A stretch of 64,000 nt of DNA, taken from an uncultured Gammaproteobacteria bacterium (GTDB lineage Bacteria > Patescibacteriota > Microgenomatia > Levybacterales > GWA1-39-11). The stretch lies in the NCBI GenBank assembly GCA_964394645.1, contig CAYMYC010000001.1:47241-111240 (forward strand), read 5' to 3'. The stretch's first letter is position 1. Every line of letters begins with the position of its first letter. The translations under genes and the position numbers were made by a program. Positions 1 to 10,567 of this stretch are shown in pieces. The notes below the pieces were generated by a model that saw only the letters and a list, made by a program, of their open reading frames with translations, ran no database searches and was not told the origin of the DNA.

Positions 1-1019
1 GCGAGTATTTTCCCGTTTTCATAGACTGTGTTTCCTCTTATAGTCACCTTTTTTACTTTTCCTTGCATTTGCCATCCAGAAAATGGAGACCAAGCACACT
101 TTGTAAATAGGTTACTTTCTTCAAGTATATATTTTTCTTCTAGGTTAACCTCAATTGAGGAATTTTGATTTGGGATATGGAATATTTTTTTTGGATTTTC
201 ATAACAAAGACGAATAATGTCATCCATTTTTAGCATTTTTTTGTGACAAGCAGTTAAGAGAAGCGGGAGAGTAGACTCGAGTCCGGGAATACCATAAGGA
301 GATGTGTTTATTGGTTTTTCTTTTTCTTCTTTTGTGTGTGGTGCATGGTCTGATTCTATAACATCAATCTCATGGAGGTGTTCCCATAAATAGGATACAT
401 CATCTGCTTTCTTTAAATCTGGTTTCATTCTTCCAAATGACTTTAGTTTTTTAGCGTCTTCTGAGTTTAAGAAGAGGTGGTGTGGTGTAACCCCACAAGT
501 AATTGGTAATCCGCGTTTTTTTGCATTTGAGATTTGTATCAGATCTGAGGCTAATGAGATATGGCAAAAATGGGTTGGTTTTTCTGTTTTTGCAGCATGT
601 TTTAGTACTTCCTCTATTGTATTATCTTCAGCGTGCACTAAAATTGGTCCACAATTTTTTGGCCATGTCTCAAAAATTTTTCCAAGTGATGATGTATTTA
701 TTAAAAAATTTCCCGTAGTCTTATTAAGATATAATTTTATTCCAAATACCTCATTTTTAACTTTTTCAAATTCTCCAACGTTTTCACCTTGAGAACCAAA
801 ATAAAATCCTACGTCACACAAAATATTTTTTTTAGCAAGATTAATTTTTTCGTCAAGTAAGCGTTTTAATGTGATGGGTACTATATTGTTGGGCATATCT
901 AATATAGTTGTGAAGCCACCTGCAAGAGCGGCTTTTGTACCAGTTATGAAATCTTCCTTATGTGTTTGCCCAGGGGATCTTAGATGGACATGAATATCAA
1001 TTAATCCTGGAAGTAGCAT
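1..1019 (-). CDS. pyrC: dihydroorotase (partial; C-terminal part runs off the window start)
   Basis: Minus-strand ATG at 1017-1019 opens an uninterrupted frame to position 1. It translates as MLLPGLIDIHVHLRSPGQTHKEDFITGTKAALAGGFTTILDMPNN..., with the HxH metal-ligand motif of cyclic amidohydrolases. It directly follows the carB stop. It is not in the ORF track because no stop falls inside the window. Confidence 0.8.
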   Translation of the reverse strand, partial: MLLPGLIDIHVHLRSPGQTHKEDFITGTKAALAGGFTTILDMPNNIVPITLKRLLDEKINLAKKNILCDVGFYFGSQGENVGEFEKVKNEVFGIKLYLNKTTGNFLINTSSLGKIFETWPKNCGPILVHAEDNTIEEVLKHAAKTEKPTHFCHISLASDLIQISNAKKRGLPITCGVTPHHLFLNSEDAKKLKSFGRMKPDLKKADDVSYLWEHLHEIDVIESDHAPHTKEEKEKPINTSPYGIPGLESTLPLLLTACHKKMLKMDDIIRLCYENPKKIFHIPNQNSSIEVNLEEKYILEESNLFTKCAWSPFSGWQMQGKVKKVTIRGNTVYENGKIL

Positions 1020-1020
1020 G

Positions 1021-4000
1021 TTACGCAGAAGTATATTCATTCCAACTCTTAATTTCAAGTTCTTTTTTTGGGGTTTCTACAAGAGCTTTAATGTATAAAT
1101 CTGCCTTTTTCCGATTTGTGATAAGGGGGATGTTGTAATCTATTGCAGATCTTCTCATTATGTATCCGTCGTCTACATCCTTTTTATGCTTAAAGTCTAC
1201 AATATTTATTGCAAGATCAATTTTCCCTTGTGAGAAGAAGGATAATATGTTCGGATTTTTTCTCTCATGTATTTTATATAGTCGTTTTGCGTTAACATTA
1301 TGAAATCGTAAGAACTTAGCTGTCTTTTCCGTTGCATAAATTGGAATACCAAGTTTTTTAAGTCTTATTGCGCTATCTAAAAATCTAATCTTATTATCAT
1401 CTGACCCTAAAGAAACAAATACCCCTTTTTTAGGAGATATATTCCCAACAGACAACTCTGCCTTTAGAAAAGCTTCTTCTAGTGTCTTTCCAAATGCAGC
1501 AGCCTCTCCTGTTGATGCCATTTCAACTTTTAGTAATGGGTCTGCTCCTTCTAAGCGTGAGAAAGAAAATTGGGGGGATTTTACAAGATAATATGAAGGA
1601 TAGGAAATGTTTTCTACCTTTCCTTTTTTAAATATTGCATCAACAATTTTTTCAGCAAAATTTATATGTGTCGCCTTAGAAATAAATGGAAATGTTCTTG
1701 ATGCTCTTAAATTGATTTCTATAACATAAACCTTTTTATCTCTTGCCAAGAACTGGATATTAAAGGGACCTGTTATTGATAGCATCTTAGATATCTTTTC
1801 TCCCATATCTTTAATCTGTTTTTCATACTGAATATATAATTCATGAGGTGGAAAGATAATCGTCGCATCTCCGGAGTGAACTCCAGCATTTTCCAAATGT
1901 TGTGAGATTGCGGATACTAAAATATTTCCATCTTGAGAGACTCCATCTAGCTCAATCTCACGTGCATGTTCAACAAATTTTGATAAGGTGATAGGGTGCT
2001 CAGGGCTTATAAGAGTTGCACGTTTAGTAAAAATTTTAAGATCATCTTCTGTGTAGCAAACAGACATAGCATCGCCAGACAAGACATAAGATGGTCTAAT
2101 AAGAACCGGATATGATACTTCATTTGCAAATTTGATTGCGTCTTGTAGTGTTTTTACTTCGCACCACTTCGGTTGTGGAATGAGAAGTGAATCTAGAAGC
2201 TGAGAGAATTTATTCCTGTCTTCAGCAGTATCTATGTTGACAGGTTTTGTTCCTAAAATTTTTATTTGAGAATTATCTAATTTCTTTACTAAATTATTAG
2301 GTGTCTGTCCGCCTACTGAAACAATTACGCCAAGAGATTTTTCAAAATCATAAATATCTAAAATTCTTTCATGCGTTAGTTCTTCAAAATATAGTCTATC
2401 TGATATGTCATAGTCTGTTGAGACTGTTTCAGGATTGCAATTTACAATGATTGAGGATTTATCGTATTTTCTTAACGAGAGTGCAGTATTAACACATGTC
2501 CAATCAAATTCAACTGAAGACCCAATCCTATATGGTCCAGAACCTAAAACAATAACACCTTGCGTTTCAAGAGGTGAGACATCATGATGTGTTGCATGAT
2601 AAGAGGTATAGAGGTAGTTAGTTTGTGCTGGAAACTCTCCTGCTAGTGTATCAATCTGCAAAATAGCAGGCGTAATATTAAGGCTTTTTCTTTTCTTTCT
2701 TACATATGATTCTGTTTTCCCAATAAGTTTTCCAATTTGTTTATCTGAGATTCCTAGCTTTTTACACTCTAATAAAGAGTCATTTGAGAGAGTTTTTTTT
2801 CTTTTCAGTTGTTTTTCGGCAATGACGATGTTTTTAATTCCGGATAGAAACCATGGATCAATTCCTGTTATATTATGAATCTTGTCTATTGTTACACCTC
2901 TTTTAATTGCTTCAGCAATTGCATACATCCGTTTTGGTGTTGGTGTTTTAAGATAGTACTCAAAGTCTTTTTTAGTTTTTGGAAAATTATTTTCTGTTAT
3001 TCCTTCAGATTCTACACCAAGCATTCTAATAGCTTTTTGAAAAGCTTCCTCGAAGCTTCTTCCTATGCTCATGATTTCGCCGACAGACTTCATGGATGAG
3101 CCAATTTTTTCCTCAACACCTTTAAACTTTTCAAGATCCCACCTTGGAATTTTTACGACTATATAATCAAGCGCAGGTTCAAAACAAGATTGTGTTACTT
3201 GGGTAACTTGGTTTTTTATATCAGTTAGAGCGTTACCAAGTATTAGTTTTGCGGCGACATAGGCAAGGGGGTATCCGGTTGCCTTTGATGCAAGAGCTGA
3301 GGATCGTGATAATCTTGGATTAAGCTCAATCACTTGATATTCTAATGGTGGGTTATCTTTCTGTTGTGCATTTTTTGTAGCGTGTTTATTGGGGGAAGGA
3401 TTAAGTGCAAATTGTACGTTACACTCTCCTACAATATTTAAACTTCTTACGATCTTAATTGAGATATCTCGAAGAAATTGATATTCGTAATTAGTTAGAG
3501 TTTGTGATGGGGCAACTACTATTGACTCACCCGTATGAATTCCTAATGGATCCATATTTTCCATATTACAAATAGTTATGCAATTATCATATTTATCTCG
3601 TACAACTTCGTATTCGATTTCCTTCCAATGATGAAGATATTGTTCGACTAAGATTTGAGGAGAAAAAGCAAGTGCGATATTTACCTTTTCTTCAAACTCC
3701 TCAAGCGTATAGCATACTCCGGATTTTTGCCCCCCCAATGCAAAACCTGCCCTTACCATAACTGGTAATCCAAGTTCATGCATTATTTTACATGCCTGTT
3801 GATATGAGGTTGCTGCTTTGCTTTTAGGTGTATTTACATGGATTGTGTGAAGATGATTTGCAAATTTATCTCTGTCCTCGGATATGATAATGCTGTCAAT
3901 AGATGTTCCCAAAACAGAAACCCCATATTTTTTAAAGATTCCTGTTTTGTATAAATTAATTCCGCAATTTAAAGCGGTTTGACCTCCAAAAGACAATGCG

Positions 4001-4242
4001 ATTGCATCTGGTTTTTCTTTTTTTATTACTTCTTCTATAAAATACTCATCTACTGGAAGAAAATAAACAGTGTCAGCTAGAAATTCGGACGTTTGAATTG
4101 TCGCAATATTAGGATTTATAAGAACAGTTTTAATACCAGCCTCCTTGAATGCCTTAATAGCTTGGGATCCGGAATAATCAAATTCACCGGCTTGCCCTAT
4201 TTTTAATGCGCCTGACCCTAAAATTAAAATTTTTTTATACAT
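1021..4242 (-). CDS. carB: carbamoyl-phosphate synthase large subunit
   Basis: 1073-aa ORF with two ATP-grasp halves and the typical CarB N-terminus (MYKKILILGSGALKIGQAGEFDYSGSQA...). 8-nt overlap with the upstream carA. Confidence 0.95.
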   Translation of the reverse strand: MYKKILILGSGALKIGQAGEFDYSGSQAIKAFKEAGIKTVLINPNIATIQTSEFLADTVYFLPVDEYFIEEVIKKEKPDAIALSFGGQTALNCGINLYKTGIFKKYGVSVLGTSIDSIIISEDRDKFANHLHTIHVNTPKSKAATSYQQACKIMHELGLPVMVRAGFALGGQKSGVCYTLEEFEEKVNIALAFSPQILVEQYLHHWKEIEYEVVRDKYDNCITICNMENMDPLGIHTGESIVVAPSQTLTNYEYQFLRDISIKIVRSLNIVGECNVQFALNPSPNKHATKNAQQKDNPPLEYQVIELNPRLSRSSALASKATGYPLAYVAAKLILGNALTDIKNQVTQVTQSCFEPALDYIVVKIPRWDLEKFKGVEEKIGSSMKSVGEIMSIGRSFEEAFQKAIRMLGVESEGITENNFPKTKKDFEYYLKTPTPKRMYAIAEAIKRGVTIDKIHNITGIDPWFLSGIKNIVIAEKQLKRKKTLSNDSLLECKKLGISDKQIGKLIGKTESYVRKKRKSLNITPAILQIDTLAGEFPAQTNYLYTSYHATHHDVSPLETQGVIVLGSGPYRIGSSVEFDWTCVNTALSLRKYDKSSIIVNCNPETVSTDYDISDRLYFEELTHERILDIYDFEKSLGVIVSVGGQTPNNLVKKLDNSQIKILGTKPVNIDTAEDRNKFSQLLDSLLIPQPKWCEVKTLQDAIKFANEVSYPVLIRPSYVLSGDAMSVCYTEDDLKIFTKRATLISPEHPITLSKFVEHAREIELDGVSQDGNILVSAISQHLENAGVHSGDATIIFPPHELYIQYEKQIKDMGEKISKMLSITGPFNIQFLARDKKVYVIEINLRASRTFPFISKATHINFAEKIVDAIFKKGKVENISYPSYYLVKSPQFSFSRLEGADPLLKVEMASTGEAAAFGKTLEEAFLKAELSVGNISPKKGVFVSLGSDDNKIRFLDSAIRLKKLGIPIYATEKTAKFLRFHNVNAKRLYKIHERKNPNILSFFSQGKIDLAINIVDFKHKKDVDDGYIMRRSAIDYNIPLITNRKKADLYIKALVETPKKELEIKSWNEYTSA

Positions 4243-5284
4243 ATTTATGATGTTTTACTTTATCTAAGAATAAATCAAAAAGCCAATCGGTATCTTGTGG
4301 TCCAGGATATGATTCAGGGTGAAATTGAACTGACATAAAAGGAGATGTCTCATGAATAATTCCTTCATTTGTCCCGTCGTTTGCATTTATAAACCATGGT
4401 TTAAATCCGCGAGGAATTTTTCCCACCGCAAATCCATGATTTTGGGTAGTGATATAGCAGCGTTTTGTTCCCGCAAGAAGGCATGGTTGATTTTGTGACC
4501 GATGCCCATACTTTAATTTATACGTATCACCATCGGCTGCAAGTGCTAATATTTGATTGCCTAAGCATATTCCAAACGTAGGGATTTTTCTGTTTAGTGC
4601 AGCCTTAACGATTGAAATCGTTTTATCTGCCATTTTAGGATCCCCTGGTCCGTTAGATATTACTATTCCGTCTGGCTTTAACCCATTTTTGAAAATGTCA
4701 TAATCCCATGGAACAGTAGTAACTTGTACGTCTCTTTTCAATAAGCGTCGTGCTATGTTTCTTTTTGATCCGCAGTCAAGTAATACAATTTTTTGTTTTC
4801 CATTTCCTTGGGTGTATACGTCTTTTGTGGAGCAAAGCGCTACTAAATTTTCCATGTTTGGATCATATAGTTCTATATCGTTTGAAAATACTATTTTCCC
4901 GAGCATGGTACCGTTCGCTCGCAATTTTTGTGTAATATATCTTGTGTCAGAAATTTCAAGAGCAGGAATTCTTTCTTCCTTTAACCAATCAGAAAGACTC
5001 CTAATGCTTGTTGCATGAGAAGGCGTGTTGGTATAATTGCATACAACAAGTCCCGAAATGTGAATTTTTGAAGATTCAAAAAACTTCTGTTCAGGGACTC
5101 CATAGTTTCCAATCAGGGGATATGTAAGTACTAAAATTTGTCCTGTATAAGATGGGTCGGTAATACTTTCTGGGTACCCTACCATTCCGGTTGCGAATAC
5201 AACTTCACCTGAAACCCCTACATCTTTTCCAAAAGATTTACCTGAAAATGTTGTTCCGTCTGATAAGATTAGTTTTCCATTCAT
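4235..5284 (-). CDS. carA: carbamoyl-phosphate synthase small subunit (glutamine amidotransferase)
   Basis: 349 aa. Class-I GATase region ...TFGICLGNQILALA... and HPES at the C-terminus. 4-nt overlap with pyrB upstream and 8-nt overlap with carB downstream. Confidence 0.93.
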   Translation of the reverse strand: MNGKLILSDGTTFSGKSFGKDVGVSGEVVFATGMVGYPESITDPSYTGQILVLTYPLIGNYGVPEQKFFESSKIHISGLVVCNYTNTPSHATSIRSLSDWLKEERIPALEISDTRYITQKLRANGTMLGKIVFSNDIELYDPNMENLVALCSTKDVYTQGNGKQKIVLLDCGSKRNIARRLLKRDVQVTTVPWDYDIFKNGLKPDGIVISNGPGDPKMADKTISIVKAALNRKIPTFGICLGNQILALAADGDTYKLKYGHRSQNQPCLLAGTKRCYITTQNHGFAVGKIPRGFKPWFINANDGTNEGIIHETSPFMSVQFHPESYPGPQDTDWLFDLFLDKVKHHKYV

Positions 5285-6288
5285 AGTTTTCCTCCAGCAA
5301 CAAGGGTTAGCAATGCCATTCTTATATATACCCCATTTCGCATTTGTTTGTGCATATATACCGCACGATGGTCCTTGTCTACCGCAACATCTATCTCATT
5401 TACTCGTGGAAGTGGATGCATGAATATCGTTTTTTTACTAGCATATTTTTCGATTAATTGAGGAGTTAAAACTAATGTTTCTTTATTTTTTTTATATTCT
5501 TTTAAGCTCGTAAATCTCTCTTTTTGTACTCGTGTCCAATACCAAAAATCAGCGTTTTTAGGTAAGTTTCTTTCAGTAGATATTTCAATTAATTTTATTC
5601 CAGACGCGCTGAGCGCGCGAAGTTCGTTGCGAGCAAGTTGTAATTTTTCAGGGGATAATAAAAAGATTGTATTTCCTTTAAATAAAGACAACCCTTTTAT
5701 AAGTGATTTTACTGTTCTTCCATTTAGCATATCTCCTGCGCATACCCCTATCAGATTTGTTAACTTTCCTGATTCCTCAAAGATGGTATACATATCCAGA
5801 AGAGTTTGTGTTGGATGTTCATTTGTTCCATCTCCGGCGTTTATAATAGGTATTTCTGCTATGTTAGCGGCCTCATGTGCGCTTCCGTTTTCTGGGTGTC
5901 TTAAAACAATAACATCACTGTAGCTTTCAAGCGTAAGAATGGTATCACTTAATGTCTCACCCTTTACTGCAGAAGAGCTATTTGTTGCATTTTGAATTGG
6001 GATAATACCTGCGCCTAGTTGTTGTGCGGCAGAAGCGAAAGATGAGAAGGTGCGAGTTGATGGTTCATAAAACAAGAGCGAAATAATTTTTCCCGAAAGT
6101 ATATTTGATGGCTTTGCCAATTCGCGTAAAGGTTTAAGTTTTTTTGCGGTGTATAAAATTTCTTTTATTTCTTCTGATGAGAACTGGTCAAGGGAAAGAA
6201 TATCCTTTCCTTTTAAACTAGGTGACTTTTTGTGATTTATTTTTTTTGGCATCAGGCAATCGAGCAGATATGAAAACAACTTTAACAA
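5281..6288 (-). CDS. pyrB: aspartate carbamoyltransferase catalytic subunit
   Basis: Carbamoyltransferase motifs EPSTRTFSSF and HPTQ. The ATCase-specific HPLPRVNEID lies near the C-terminus, where OTCase would have HCLP. The true start may be the second Met (MPKKINHK...). Confidence 0.85.
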   Translation of the reverse strand: MLKLFSYLLDCLMPKKINHKKSPSLKGKDILSLDQFSSEEIKEILYTAKKLKPLRELAKPSNILSGKIISLLFYEPSTRTFSSFASAAQQLGAGIIPIQNATNSSSAVKGETLSDTILTLESYSDVIVLRHPENGSAHEAANIAEIPIINAGDGTNEHPTQTLLDMYTIFEESGKLTNLIGVCAGDMLNGRTVKSLIKGLSLFKGNTIFLLSPEKLQLARNELRALSASGIKLIEISTERNLPKNADFWYWTRVQKERFTSLKEYKKNKETLVLTPQLIEKYASKKTIFMHPLPRVNEIDVAVDKDHRAVYMHKQMRNGVYIRMALLTLVAGGKL

Positions 6289-6331
6289 AAATATATAACC
6301 TACGCAAGATTTAAAAGAGAGAAAAAAGCAC

Positions 6332-6368
6332 TTGACAGAATTTAGCAGTCATGTTATATTATTGCTAA
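6332..6368 (+). promoter_or_regulatory. sigma-70-like promoter (TTGACA-17-TATATT) overlapping a CIRCE-like inverted repeat (TTAGCAGTC-N9-TATTGCTAA) upstream of hrcA
   Basis: TTGACA at 6332-6337 and TATATT at 6355-6360 with a 17-nt spacer. Inverted repeat arms at 6342-6350 and 6360-6368 match the CIRCE consensus TTAGCACTC-N9-GAGTGCTAA at 15 of 18 positions. Located 58 nt upstream of the hrcA ATG. Confidence 0.6.
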
Positions 6369-6425
6369 TCTGCATAAAATATGCATAATAAATTTCTTGC
6401 TCTTTGAATTTTAAATTTTATATAT

Positions 6426-7145
6426 ATGTATGATCTAACTCCAAGGCAGGTTGATATTTTAAAGCTAATAGTAAGAGAGTATATTGATAACGCAGAAGCT
6501 GTAGGATCAGAAACTCTTGAAAAAAAACATGATGTAGGGATATCCCCTGCTACTATTAGAAATGAAATGGCAGCTATGGTGAAGTTGGGATATTTATCAA
6601 AGCCTCACACGTCAGCAGGAAGAATACCAACCACGAAAGCTTTAAAACTTTACATAAACGAGCTGATGCGTGAAAAAGAGGTGTCTGTAGCTGATGAGGT
6701 TCAGGCAAAGGAGCATGTGTGGGATTTACGAGCTCAAGAAGAAAAGTTTTTAAGAGGAGTAACGCGAGATCTTGCGCAAAAGACAAGGGCGCTTGCGGTT
6801 ACAACAACAGATGATGGAGATATTTATTACTCAGGATATGCGAATATTCTTGAAACGCCGGAGTTTTATGACATTGATATAGCGAAGAATTTATTGTCAA
6901 TTTTAGATAGTGCAGTGTGTTTTGATTTAATTACAAAAAGAATTGAAAATGAGTTGGGAGTTTTTTTAGGAGATGAGCTTGGAAGTGATATGTATAGACC
7001 GTATAGCTTTGTTTTTTCAAAGTTTCACACAAAAAATATAAATGGGTCAATTGGGGTTGTTGGTCCTGCAAGAATTAGGTATGAGCTAGTAATACCAACG
7101 GTACGATTTTTTGGAGGTCTTATTGGTGAAGTAGCTGAGTGGTAA
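6426..7145 (+). CDS. hrcA: heat-inducible transcription repressor HrcA (short form, 239 aa)
   Basis: N-terminal winged helix LTPRQVDILKLIVREYIDNAEAVGSETLEKKHDVGISPATIRNEMAAMVKLGYLSKPHTSAGRIPT matches the HrcA signature. Sits in the canonical hrcA-grpE-dnaK order. Confidence 0.9.
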   Translation: MYDLTPRQVDILKLIVREYIDNAEAVGSETLEKKHDVGISPATIRNEMAAMVKLGYLSKPHTSAGRIPTTKALKLYINELMREKEVSVADEVQAKEHVWDLRAQEEKFLRGVTRDLAQKTRALAVTTTDDGDIYYSGYANILETPEFYDIDIAKNLLSILDSAVCFDLITKRIENELGVFLGDELGSDMYRPYSFVFSKFHTKNINGSIGVVGPARIRYELVIPTVRFFGGLIGEVAEW

Positions 7146-7687
7146 TAAAAATGGATGACAAAACAAAAAAAACAAAATCTGAAGATAATTTAGATGAATT
7201 AGAAGAACTAGATGATGAATTAGATGAAGAAGAGGAGGAGTTAGCATCTGAGAAGAGAGAACAGGAAGAGTTAAAGAAAAAAAACAAAAGTCTTGAGGAT
7301 CAGTTGAAGCGGGCAGTCGCGGATTATAGGAATCTTGAAAATAGGGTTCGGGAGGAGCGCTTAGAATTTGTCAAATACGCAAACAAAGCACTTATAGAAC
7401 AATTACTCCCAGCATTTGACACGCTTTTGCTTGCTGAGAAATACACCAAAGACGAGAATCTAAAAATTACGGCTAAGCACATACTAGATGTACTGAAGTT
7501 AGCGGGAATTGAAAAGGTTGAGACAGTTGGTAAAAAGTATAACCCTGTCATTATGGAGGCAGTTGAAGTAATAGAGGGGGAGAAAGAAATGGTTCTTGAG
7601 GAGACACAACCAGGATTTACAATACATGGCAAAATTATAAGACCTGCAAGAGTTAAGGTTGGAGGAAGAGATGAGATAAAAGAGTAG
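7139..7687 (+). CDS. grpE: nucleotide exchange factor GrpE
   Basis: 182 aa, acidic/coiled-coil N-terminus followed by ...LLPAFDTLLLAEKY... and a C-terminal beta domain. Positioned between hrcA and dnaK. Confidence 0.85.
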   Translation: MVIKMDDKTKKTKSEDNLDELEELDDELDEEEEELASEKREQEELKKKNKSLEDQLKRAVADYRNLENRVREERLEFVKYANKALIEQLLPAFDTLLLAEKYTKDENLKITAKHILDVLKLAGIEKVETVGKKYNPVIMEAVEVIEGEKEMVLEETQPGFTIHGKIIRPARVKVGGRDEIKE

Positions 7688-7759
7688 AGGTTAGTTGAGA
7701 TATTTTATGATTCTTGAAATTTATTGGAGAATGCATAATAATAAGGAGGAATAAAAAAT

Positions 7760-9691
7760 ATGTCTAAAATAATAGGAATAGATTTAGGAACAACAAATTC
7801 GTGCGTCGCAGTAATGGAGGGTGGCGCTCCAAAAGTAATATTTTCTGCAGAGGGTAGGAATGTAACTCCATCTGTTGTGGATCCTGTAGACCGAGTTGTT
7901 GGTGATGTTGCGAAAAGGCAAATGGTTCTCAAGCCTAAGCGTATCATTTTTTCTATAAAGCGTCTCATGGGTCGTCGTTTTAATGATCCAACTGTTCAAG
8001 AAGATATAAAGCTTCTTCCATACACCGTAAAAGCAGGGAAGGACGGTCTTGCCGTTGTAGAAGTAGACGGAAAAACATATACACCCCAGGAAATATCAGC
8101 CATGATTTTGCAAAAAATAAAATCTGATGCTGAATCTTATTTAGGAGATAAAGTTACTCAGGCTGTTATTACAGTTCCTGCATATTTTGATGATGCTCAG
8201 CGTCAAGCTACAAAACAAGCGGGTGAGATTGCAGGGTTGGAGGTATTACGTATTGTAAATGAGCCGACAGCAGCCGCGCTTGCATATGGATTAGACAAAA
8301 AACATGCCCACACGATTGCCGTGTATGATATGGGTGGCGGTACATTTGATGTATCCATACTAGAGTTGGGAGAAGGTGTGTATGAGGTAAAATCTACAAA
8401 TGGAGATACTCATTTGGGGGGTGACGATTTTGATCAAAAAATTATAGATTATCTTGCGGATGAATTTAAAAAGGAAAACAGCATTGATTTAAGACGTGAT
8501 CCTCAGGCACTGCAAAGGCTTAAAGAAGCAGCAGAGAAAGCAAAGATTGAATTATCTTCATCTTCTGAGGCTGAAATCAATCAGCCGTTCATTACTCAAG
8601 GACCTAACGGACCCCTACATTTAACAATGAAATTAACTCGCGCAAAACTTGAGAGTATTGTGGGCGATTTAATTACAAAGTCATTTAAATCCGTTGAATC
8701 AGCACTCAAAGATGCAGGATTAAAGGCGTCGGATGTAAATGAGATTATCATGGTTGGGGGTATGACCAGAATGCCTAAAGTTGTTGAGGAAGTAACAAAA
8801 TTCTTCGGAAAAGAGCCTAATAAGAGTGTAAACCCCGATGAGGTAGTGGCAATTGGCGCAGCTGTTCAGGCGGGAGTATTGGGAGGAGATGTGAAGGATG
8901 TACTTCTTTTGGATGTAACCCCATTGACGCTTGGAATTGAAACATTGGGTGGAGTTGCAACACCACTTATTAATAGAAACTCAACTATTCCAACAAAGAA
9001 ATCTCAAGTATTCTCAACCGCAGCAGATAATCAGACACAAGTAGAGATTCATGTTGTTCAGGGCGAGCGCCCCATGGCTGCTGATAATAAATCTTTGGGA
9101 AGATTTGTTTTGGATGGAATTCCACCAGCTCCTCGTGGTGTTCCTCAGGTTGAGGTTGCATTTGATATAGATGCTTCAGGAATTCTTTCTGTTTCAGCAA
9201 AAGATAATGCGACAGGAAAAACCCAAAGTATTAAAATTACTGGAGGAACAGGTCTTTCAAAAGATGAAGTAGAAAGGATGACAAAGGAAGCTGAAGCTCA
9301 TGCAGAAGAAGATGAGAAGAAGAAAGAGTTGATTGAAGTAAGAAATAGAGCGGATGGGCTCATCTTTACCGCAGAAAAATCATTAAAAGATCTTGGAGAA
9401 AAGGTTCCAGCTGATTTAAAATCAGACGTTGAAGGAAAAATTTCTGCTTTGCGGGAGGCATTAAAAGGCGAAGATAAGGCAGATATTGAAGCAAAGACTC
9501 AAGAATTGTCAGATCATTTATCTAAAATTGGTGAGACCATGCAGAATCAAACAGGACAAACTGGTGAGCAAGCAAGTGCCGGAGCGTCTGGCGGAGAACA
9601 GGAAGCCCAGGGGGCATCGCAGGAGAATCAAAACGGATCAGAATCTTCCACAAATAAAGACGAAGCAGTAGAGGGAGAAGTAGTAAACTAA
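7760..9691 (+). CDS. dnaK: molecular chaperone DnaK (Hsp70)
   Basis: 643 aa. [33 protein letters not shown]-like motifs. AAGGAGG RBS 8 nt upstream. Confidence 0.97.
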   Translation: MSKIIGIDLGTTNSCVAVMEGGAPKVIFSAEGRNVTPSVVDPVDRVVGDVAKRQMVLKPKRIIFSIKRLMGRRFNDPTVQEDIKLLPYTVKAGKDGLAVVEVDGKTYTPQEISAMILQKIKSDAESYLGDKVTQAVITVPAYFDDAQRQATKQAGEIAGLEVLRIVNEPTAAALAYGLDKKHAHTIAVYDMGGGTFDVSILELGEGVYEVKSTNGDTHLGGDDFDQKIIDYLADEFKKENSIDLRRDPQALQRLKEAAEKAKIELSSSSEAEINQPFITQGPNGPLHLTMKLTRAKLESIVGDLITKSFKSVESALKDAGLKASDVNEIIMVGGMTRMPKVVEEVTKFFGKEPNKSVNPDEVVAIGAAVQAGVLGGDVKDVLLLDVTPLTLGIETLGGVATPLINRNSTIPTKKSQVFSTAADNQTQVEIHVVQGERPMAADNKSLGRFVLDGIPPAPRGVPQVEVAFDIDASGILSVSAKDNATGKTQSIKITGGTGLSKDEVERMTKEAEAHAEEDEKKKELIEVRNRADGLIFTAEKSLKDLGEKVPADLKSDVEGKISALREALKGEDKADIEAKTQELSDHLSKIGETMQNQTGQTGEQASAGASGGEQEAQGASQENQNGSESSTNKDEAVEGEVVN

Positions 9692-9877
9692 TTCTGGTTT
9701 TTCCCCTAAATATTTTTTCGCTTTTACAATATTTTCCAAATTACCCCTGATGTATGTATTTTATCAAGATGCACCCTTTCTTGTGTAAGTAAGTCTGTAT
9801 TTGGAGTATGTTGTTGGATTTAGTTTCAAAACGCGAGTTTAATAATAATTCGGCACTAATTGGGGCGGTAGAGAAAA

Positions 9878-10567
9878 TTAGTCCGTATATGTTATTTTTT
9901 TTGGAGTAAACACTTTTTTTATTGACTCAACAATTCCTTTATGGGCAAGCTTATTGTATAAACGGCGCGCTTCTCTTTCTGACGCATGATAATCAAACAC
10001 ACGACTTGTTTTTTTTGTAACACCTACCCCTAAGTCTCCTAAAATGACCTTTGCATTTCCATCAGGGTCTACGATAAAAAAATATGTATCTTCGTATATA
10101 TTAAATCCAGCCCTATCTGCTTTTTGTGAAATTTCGATAAGCTGCTTTTTAACATTTTTTTTATTCTTTATAGCTTTTTCAAAATCTAACTTTTTCTCAT
10201 GCATTTCATTTATTGAAAATACTAGTTTTTTACCACCTTCTGTCAGGTCTGTTATTATTATCTTCCTTGATCCCTCAACTTTTCTTACAGTAAGTGGCAC
10301 AGGAAGACCAGCTTGTTTCAGTTCCAAGTAGTGTTTTATGTATTCGTCGGGAACATAAAACTCCCATACTCGTGTATATTTTGGATCTCTTTCAGCAAAC
10401 TCTCCTGCATTTCTTTCCCTCCCGTTTTTTATAAGTATTAGTCTTTGAGCAGTATATTTTGCTTCATTCCCATCTCCAATATTAATTCCAGCATCTTCTA
10501 AAAACACATTGGACTTACGTTCTGTTAAAGGTGAAATTAGCGTTCTTCTTTCATGATTTCCTGACAT
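9878..10567 (-). CDS. hypothetical protein (229 aa), no recognisable domain
   Basis: Long ORF in an AT-rich background, which is unlikely by chance. Its start codon shares the CATG at 10565-10568 with the divergent pilin-like gene. Confidence 0.5.
   Translation of the reverse strand: MSGNHERRTLISPLTERKSNVFLEDAGINIGDGNEAKYTAQRLILIKNGRERNAGEFAERDPKYTRVWEFYVPDEYIKHYLELKQAGLPVPLTVRKVEGSRKIIITDLTEGGKKLVFSINEMHEKKLDFEKAIKNKKNVKKQLIEISQKADRAGFNIYEDTYFFIVDPDGNAKVILGDLGVGVTKKTSRVFDYHASEREARRLYNKLAHKGIVESIKKVFTPKKITYTD

Noticed and set aside
2875-3099. 74-aa plus-strand ORF inside carB (likewise 503-718, 4750-5018, 5627-5923, 6574-6786, 7324-7632, 7705-7999 and 8985-9200 inside or antisense to pyrC, carA, pyrB, hrcA, grpE and dnaK)
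   Set aside because: They are fully embedded in, or antisense to, strongly supported conserved genes. They are short and low-complexity, and are frame-shadow ORFs.
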